A stretch of DNA of 64,000 bases from positions 64,001 to 128,000 of IMG/VR virus record IMGVR_UViG_3300013005_003552, one strand, 5' to 3'. The notes below the pieces were generated by a model that was not told where the DNA came from, did no database searches, and worked only from the letters and a program-made list of their open reading frames with translations. Source of the DNA: a virus. Positions within the stretch are counted from its first letter, which is position 1. Each line of letters starts with the position of its first letter. Positions 59,383 to 64,000 of the stretch are shown in pieces. The position numbers and the translations under genes were made by a program.

Positions 59383-59611
59383 GCTGTGGCATCAATTGTT
59401 AACTGAAACTGTGTATTGGCAAGACATCAACCCTCACAGGTCTCTTGATATTTTGCAACGCACTGCTGTGGCCTGGGCACATGATCAGAAGTATTTTATG
59501 CAATCTGGTCCTGACCGGGTGGATTTGACAAAACTCTACGAACAATATAAACTACTAGAAACTCTCAAAGGAACTTATCATGGCGAAGAAATCGGATCAG
59601 AACACTGCTGA
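59372..59611 (+). CDS. Hypothetical protein
   Basis: AGGA RBS. Ends LYEQYKLLETL. Confidence 0.55.
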   Translation: MDFELWHQLLTETVYWQDINPHRSLDILQRTAVAWAHDQKYFMQSGPDRVDLTKLYEQYKLLETLKGTYHGEEIGSEHC

Positions 59612-60656
59612 ACCAGTGAACCCAGAACATGAACATCTAATCGAGGTACTAAAGTTCACTCCGCGTACTTACAAAATCCAGCTATGGGGTTACGGCGGTG
59701 AGTACGCCATGGGCACTGTGGACCGAAACATATATGATTACTTTCGTAGGCGTAGATTGAGCGTGGCTGATTTTGCCTGGGACAGTGACTATGCTGAAAC
59801 TCATAACATACCAGAATCCATGTGGCCATTTGTTCCAGGATCTTGGTATGAATGCGAAAACATGGGACATGTGTACGGAGTAGACCGAGCATCTGGCACC
59901 ATGCAGATTTTGGATGAAAATGGCGAAGTGGTGTATGAACGCAGCTTGGAAGAACTTGATGGTTGTGATGTAGAGCTTAACACTCGCGACGAAATTTGGA
60001 TTGATAGTCAACCCAAAGATACTGTTGTATTTTTTGGTTACACCGCTGACAAAGGAACCTTCTTTGAAGCTGACATAGAGCTTGGTGCTCCTTTTGATCC
60101 AGAAAAACTATGCTTGGTTATTGATGATTTTGATTCAAATGAGATCATCACAGGTGCAGAGTACGATGGCGAAGAACTGTGCAACGACGGCGGAGATACC
60201 AATGGCAAAGGATCTGATTTTGCATTCTACATTGCAGGCAGTAACAAAGGCCAGGGCTATGAGAGATATCGCGACATGGACGATATCAAATACAATCTTA
60301 CCAATTGGTTTCCTAGCAAAATCAAGCCTGTAGTTGCAGGTATATATGAAGTGGAAGCCAAACAAGGACATATCTATCATGCTGTGTGGTCTGGCGAGTT
60401 CTGGCACAATGAATGGAGTGATACAAAAGAACCATTGAAAATCAAGCAATGGCGAGGCATCGCCTATGATCCAGACGAGCAATTTCTTCGTGATGAGTTA
60501 GATCAAATATACTTGTCGCTTGTTGTTGAAGACCAAGATGCTGAAGTACTAAATTGCGAACATTGCGGCTGGAGCGGCAGTGCCAACAACACCAATGACT
60601 GGGATGGCCAAATGTGTTGCCCTGACTGTGGCGAACCTGTACAATCTATCAATTGA
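59580..60656 (+). CDS. Acidic hypothetical protein with C-terminal zinc ribbon
   Basis: AAGGA RBS. GYGGE motif, WFP...P...G.YEV module and CEHCGW...CCPDCG. Confidence 0.7.
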   Translation: MAKKSDQNTAEPVNPEHEHLIEVLKFTPRTYKIQLWGYGGEYAMGTVDRNIYDYFRRRRLSVADFAWDSDYAETHNIPESMWPFVPGSWYECENMGHVYGVDRASGTMQILDENGEVVYERSLEELDGCDVELNTRDEIWIDSQPKDTVVFFGYTADKGTFFEADIELGAPFDPEKLCLVIDDFDSNEIITGAEYDGEELCNDGGDTNGKGSDFAFYIAGSNKGQGYERYRDMDDIKYNLTNWFPSKIKPVVAGIYEVEAKQGHIYHAVWSGEFWHNEWSDTKEPLKIKQWRGIAYDPDEQFLRDELDQIYLSLVVEDQDAEVLNCEHCGWSGSANNTNDWDGQMCCPDCGEPVQSIN

Positions 60657-60666
60657 GAAAAATAAA

Positions 60667-61647
60667 ATGATCAAAGTATTTGTTACAGGAGCAACTGGCT
60701 ATATTGGTAGCCATGTATGCAAGAAATTAAAAGAAGATGGCTATGAAGTAATTGGTCTTGACCGTGTGCGCAGAGAACACACCCTGCAATACATGGATCA
60801 ATTTATAGAAGCAGACTATCATAGTCAAACCTGCATTGATGCACTGGTGCAGCATGCACCCCAAGCAGTTATTCATCTAGCAGGTACTAGTCTAGTAGGA
60901 CCCAGTGTGAGTGATCCTGGCGAATACTATACAAACAATGTGGCCAAGACTGCTGCATTGCTAAATGCCATACGGTTTCTAGAACACATGCCAGTGGTAG
61001 TTTTTTCTAGCAGTGCCGCGGTGTATGGTGCACCAGAAAAAGACCTGATACACGAAAACGATCCTTATAGCCCACTGAGTCCATATGGACAAAGCAAGGC
61101 CATGATTGAAATCATGCTAACGGATTTTTTCAAGGCCTACGGCATGTGCAGTGCCAGTCTGCGTTACTTCAATGCCTGTGGTGCTGACGAGTCTGGAACT
61201 CTTGGTCAAGCACCTGGTGCAACACACATTGTGGCTAGATTATTAGAAAGTGCTAGAGATAAAACAAAATTTACTCTTTACGGTAATGATTATAATACCG
61301 CAGATGGTACTTGTGTGAGAGATTATGTGCATGTGAGTGATCTAGCCTCGGCTCATAGCCTAGCAGTGTCGTACCTAATGAGCGATATGGATCCTTGCTT
61401 TGCTCTAAATCTTGGCACAGGCCAAGGATACAGCAATCAAGAAGTCATTGACACAGTTATCCAAACTGTTGGGTCTGTTGACATTTCTGTTGGCCCACGA
61501 CGAGCCGGAGATCCTGATCAACTGGTAGCAGGAAATGTGTTAGCCAAAGCAAAACTAGGTTGGCATCCAGAAAACTCTAATTTGTCCAATATTGTAACTT
61601 CTGCATGGAAGTGGTATAATAACCCATCAAATCAAGTTGACAACTGA
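60667..61647 (+). CDS. galE: UDP-glucose 4-epimerase
   Basis: VTGATGYIGSH, FSSSAAVYG, YGQSK (YxxxK), LRYFNACG, DGTCVRDYVHV. Confidence 0.92.
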   Translation: MIKVFVTGATGYIGSHVCKKLKEDGYEVIGLDRVRREHTLQYMDQFIEADYHSQTCIDALVQHAPQAVIHLAGTSLVGPSVSDPGEYYTNNVAKTAALLNAIRFLEHMPVVVFSSSAAVYGAPEKDLIHENDPYSPLSPYGQSKAMIEIMLTDFFKAYGMCSASLRYFNACGADESGTLGQAPGATHIVARLLESARDKTKFTLYGNDYNTADGTCVRDYVHVSDLASAHSLAVSYLMSDMDPCFALNLGTGQGYSNQEVIDTVIQTVGSVDISVGPRRAGDPDQLVAGNVLAKAKLGWHPENSNLSNIVTSAWKWYNNPSNQVDN

Positions 61648-61665
61648 TCTAAATAAGTTTACAAT
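61637..61665 (+). promoter_or_regulatory. sigma70 promoter with nested TAAATA, upstream of folE
   Basis: TTGACA (61637-42), 17 nt spacer containing GATCTAAATA, TACAAT (61660-65). Confidence 0.75.
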
Positions 61666-61703
61666 ACACAACTAGCCATCCTCGGCTATAACTCGGAGAG
61701 CAA

Positions 61704-62471
61704 ATGGTTTACAACAAAGCATACATTAGCAATGACGAAGAAACCGCACTAGACGCCATGGCAGGCGATGGCGGTTATGCCCTGGGGCAAGCACACAAAC
61801 AGATTGCAGCAAAAATGCGCCGTGAAGGCAAGCGATTCTGGGCAGGCGATAACATCAGCGACTATGTTGACGATAAGGCCAAAGAACAACTGATTGACGA
61901 AGCGCGAGCTGCATTTGAACTTGTGCTAGACACACTGCTAATTGATCGACACAATGATCCTAACAGCCACGGCACAGCACAACGCTTGGCCAAGATGTAT
62001 TACAACGAAATAATGGCAGGACGATATGAATCAGCACCAGACGCAACAGCATTCCCAAACAACACCACAGACCGATACGAAGGTATGCTGGTTGTGCGTT
62101 CTGAGTTACGCAGTATGTGTAGTCATCACCATCAGCCTGTCAGTGGCGTTGCTTATATTGGAATTATCGCTGCCGAAAAACTAATTGGTCTGTCTAAGTA
62201 TACTCGTATTGCTCAGTGGTGTGCTCGTCGTGGCACTCTCCAGGAGGAACTGGCCAATGACATTGCTAGGGAGATCAGCCGAGCCACCGGAAGCAAAAAT
62301 GTAGGTGTTTACATACAGGCCACGCATGATTGCTGTGAGAATCGCGGCATCATGGCACACAGTTCATTGACCCAGACCACTGTGCTGACAGGTGCATTCA
62401 AAGACGATCACAGTGTGAAGAAAGAGTTCATGGACAATATTAAACTACAGCAAGAATTTGCTCCGAGGTAA
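61704..62471 (+). CDS. folE: GTP cyclohydrolase I
   Basis: TAQRLAKMY, SMCSHH, IGLSKYTRI, ARRGTLQEEL, ATHDCCENRG. Confidence 0.93.
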   Translation: MVYNKAYISNDEETALDAMAGDGGYALGQAHKQIAAKMRREGKRFWAGDNISDYVDDKAKEQLIDEARAAFELVLDTLLIDRHNDPNSHGTAQRLAKMYYNEIMAGRYESAPDATAFPNNTTDRYEGMLVVRSELRSMCSHHHQPVSGVAYIGIIAAEKLIGLSKYTRIAQWCARRGTLQEELANDIAREISRATGSKNVGVYIQATHDCCENRGIMAHSSLTQTTVLTGAFKDDHSVKKEFMDNIKLQQEFAPR

Positions 62472-62474
62472 AAA

Positions 62475-62642
62475 ATGGAGATACAACCCAAAGATCCCAG
62501 TCGCGGACATTTTTATGTGAGCCTTGCAAAAAGTGCGATTAGAATATTTGCTGGTGGTGTATTGATGGCCGGAAATATTTGGCTAGCCGGTGTATGCATT
62601 GTACTGGCTGAAGGATTGGGTATTATTGAGGAACTGGTATGA
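62475..62642 (+). CDS. 55-aa membrane protein (not in ORF track)
   Basis: GAGGT RBS. MEIQPKDPSRGHFYVSLAKSAIRI...AEGLGIIEELV. ATGA overlap. Confidence 0.65.
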   Translation: MEIQPKDPSRGHFYVSLAKSAIRIFAGGVLMAGNIWLAGVCIVLAEGLGIIEELV

Positions 62643-62878
62643 CCACTGCCAAAGAACTCAGTGATAATCTCATAGCTAGAGCCAAGGCCATGCAGTCTTT
62701 TCGCATTGTCAAACAATTGGACGATGCTGACATTATTTTCAGCGCAGGCGTAGTACCATTTGATCTTAAAATAAACAAAGACGGGCGCATGACAGTCACA
62801 GTGTATGCCCTGACACTGGAAGAAGCCAACGACCAAGTTGATGCTTGGATAAAACACTTAGAAGAGGGAGATGATTAA
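62639..62878 (+). CDS. Hypothetical protein
   Basis: GAGGA RBS. Coupled on both sides. Confidence 0.6.
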   Translation: MTTAKELSDNLIARAKAMQSFRIVKQLDDADIIFSAGVVPFDLKINKDGRMTVTVYALTLEEANDQVDAWIKHLEEGDD

Positions 62879-63081
62879 TGAAAAAAGATATTATCAAGGC
62901 AACACAGGCATACCTAGAAGCAGGCATTGAAAAGCATAAGGCCAACATCAATATCATGTTGAACAATCCCATGGGCATCCATGATCATACAGATTTCATG
63001 GGCGCACTTGACGCCGAACTTGGTAAAATGAGCGAATACAGAGACAAACTGGAAACACTCAATTCGTATTGGAAAGGCTAA
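62878..63081 (+). CDS. Hypothetical protein
   Basis: TAATG coupling. KHKANINIMLNNPMGIHDH. Confidence 0.65.
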   Translation: MKKDIIKATQAYLEAGIEKHKANINIMLNNPMGIHDHTDFMGALDAELGKMSEYRDKLETLNSYWKG

Positions 63082-63083
63082 TC

Positions 63084-63623
63084 ATGAGTGCAGTACGAGA
63101 AAAAGATTCTGCAGATTTTGATCTAGAAGCGTTTGTTGACTTGTTTGACGAAGCACTGACCAGTGATGATCCCAGTGTTCAAAAAACTCTACAGCATCTC
63201 ATGGTTATCTGTGCGCTAGCTCGTAATCATGCTAGACACGATTCTCGTAACGGCCCATTGCGAAGACTGTTTGAAGATATAAAACATCTTAATTCAAGAT
63301 TAAACAATCTAGAGAGTCAACGTGGCATGCATCATCCTGGCTACGGTCCTGTTCCGCCAACTAACCCAACTATCTGGCCACCTGTTGTTACTCAGCCAGG
63401 AACAGCTAGCCCAAATTGGCCAGGCCCAAATCAAATCTGGTGCGGCACTGACACCACCGCTGTCTGGTGCGGCACTGACACCACCGCTGTCAGCGTGAGT
63501 TTGCCTGAGAACAGTGCAGTTGCTCAAAGTGTAAGTGCAACTATTGCAGAGCGAGTGGATGATCTGTTAAAATCAAACTACAAAGGCTCCAGTGTTGGGA
63601 CTGTAAATGTTAAAATTGCTTGA
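63084..63623 (+). CDS. Hypothetical protein with Pro-rich region
   Basis: AAGG RBS before ATG 63084. Confidence 0.6.
   Translation: MSAVREKDSADFDLEAFVDLFDEALTSDDPSVQKTLQHLMVICALARNHARHDSRNGPLRRLFEDIKHLNSRLNNLESQRGMHHPGYGPVPPTNPTIWPPVVTQPGTASPNWPGPNQIWCGTDTTAVWCGTDTTAVSVSLPENSAVAQSVSATIAERVDDLLKSNYKGSSVGTVNVKIA
63436..63491 (+). repeat. Perfect 27-bp tandem duplication
   Basis: TCTGGTGCGGCACTGACACCACCGCTG x2 plus TC. Encodes WCGTDTTAV twice. Confidence 0.9.
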
Positions 63624-64000
63624 ACGACTAGGTAGAAAACGCATTATCAACGATAGGCTCAACGATGAGCCATATCTTGAACGCTATTATCTTTTTCTTA
63701 AAGAAAGAAAGAAATTTCCGTTCAATGTATTTTTACACAAGTTCTTAAAAGGAGACCCAGACGATGTACATGATCACCCATGGCCGTATTGCACTTTCAT
63801 ACTTGCGGGAGGTTACTACGAGTGGATTCCGGAGTTTAATGACTCAGGTACCAAGGTCAGTGAAACACGGCATTGGCGTGGGCCTGGCCATTTCCGCTTT
63901 TGCAGGGCTGGTAGCTTTCATCGTATTGAACTTAAAGATGGTGTAACTGCATGGACTTTATTCATGCCAGGACCTCATCAACGAGAATGGGGATTTTTAA
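63607..64000 (+). CDS. Cupin-like protein, 3'-partial (not in ORF track)
   Basis: MLKLLERLGRKR...PYLERYYL...LHKFLKGDPDDVHDHPW...GGYYE...FHRIEL...WTLF. Open to the window end. Confidence 0.75.
   Translation, partial: MLKLLERLGRKRIINDRLNDEPYLERYYLFLKERKKFPFNVFLHKFLKGDPDDVHDHPWPYCTFILAGGYYEWIPEFNDSGTKVSETRHWRGPGHFRFCRAGSFHRIELKDGVTAWTLFMPGPHQREWGFL

Noticed and set aside
63436-63491. CRISPR-like repeat
   Set aside because: There are only two directly adjacent copies, with no spacer, in frame within a CDS.
1-64000. Stop-codon reassignment, as seen in some large phages
   Set aside because: Conserved genes are full length in the standard code, and TAA, TGA and TAG all occur at sensible gene ends.

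Overview
This is a 64 kb segment of a large lytic tailed dsDNA phage (T4-like or jumbo organisation). Almost all genes are on the + strand; phoH is the only convincing - strand gene. DnaK and the spanin-type lysis genes suggest a Gram-negative, probably proteobacterial, host (inference). Layout: (1) 1-18.9 kb, very large Gly/Thr/Asn-rich virion fibre and baseplate proteins. (2) 18.9-25.3 kb, MazG, a stand-alone DnaE palm fragment, GroES, clamp loader, radical SAM, cupin and methyltransferase. (3) 25.3-27.5 kb, an early island behind a strong sigma70 promoter. (4) DnaK, HAD nucleotidase and PhoH. (5) An extended lysis cassette: GH19 endolysin, spanins, extra lipoprotein, DUF4337 and 3TM holin. 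(6) DnaJ, ClpA and a GT-A glycosyltransferase. (7) Putative internal head proteins, one with an HxGH nucleotidyltransferase domain, then Dps and a fatty-acid desaturase. (8) DsbA-like protein, family B DNA polymerase and a probable sliding clamp. (9) 54.3-62.5 kb, a 7-deazaguanine-type cluster (DpdA/TGT-like, QueD-like, FolE) interleaved with a GT-B glycosyltransferase and GalE. Region 9 is the best candidate for an undescribed system, namely a sugar-decorated 7-deazaguanine DNA modification. A recurrent (A)TAAATA late-promoter motif, several sigma70 promoters and small structured leaders (dnaK, phoH, polB, folE) are visible. No tRNA, rRNA, CRISPR array, integrase or transposase was recognised. 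All family calls are motif recognition by eye; no searches were run.
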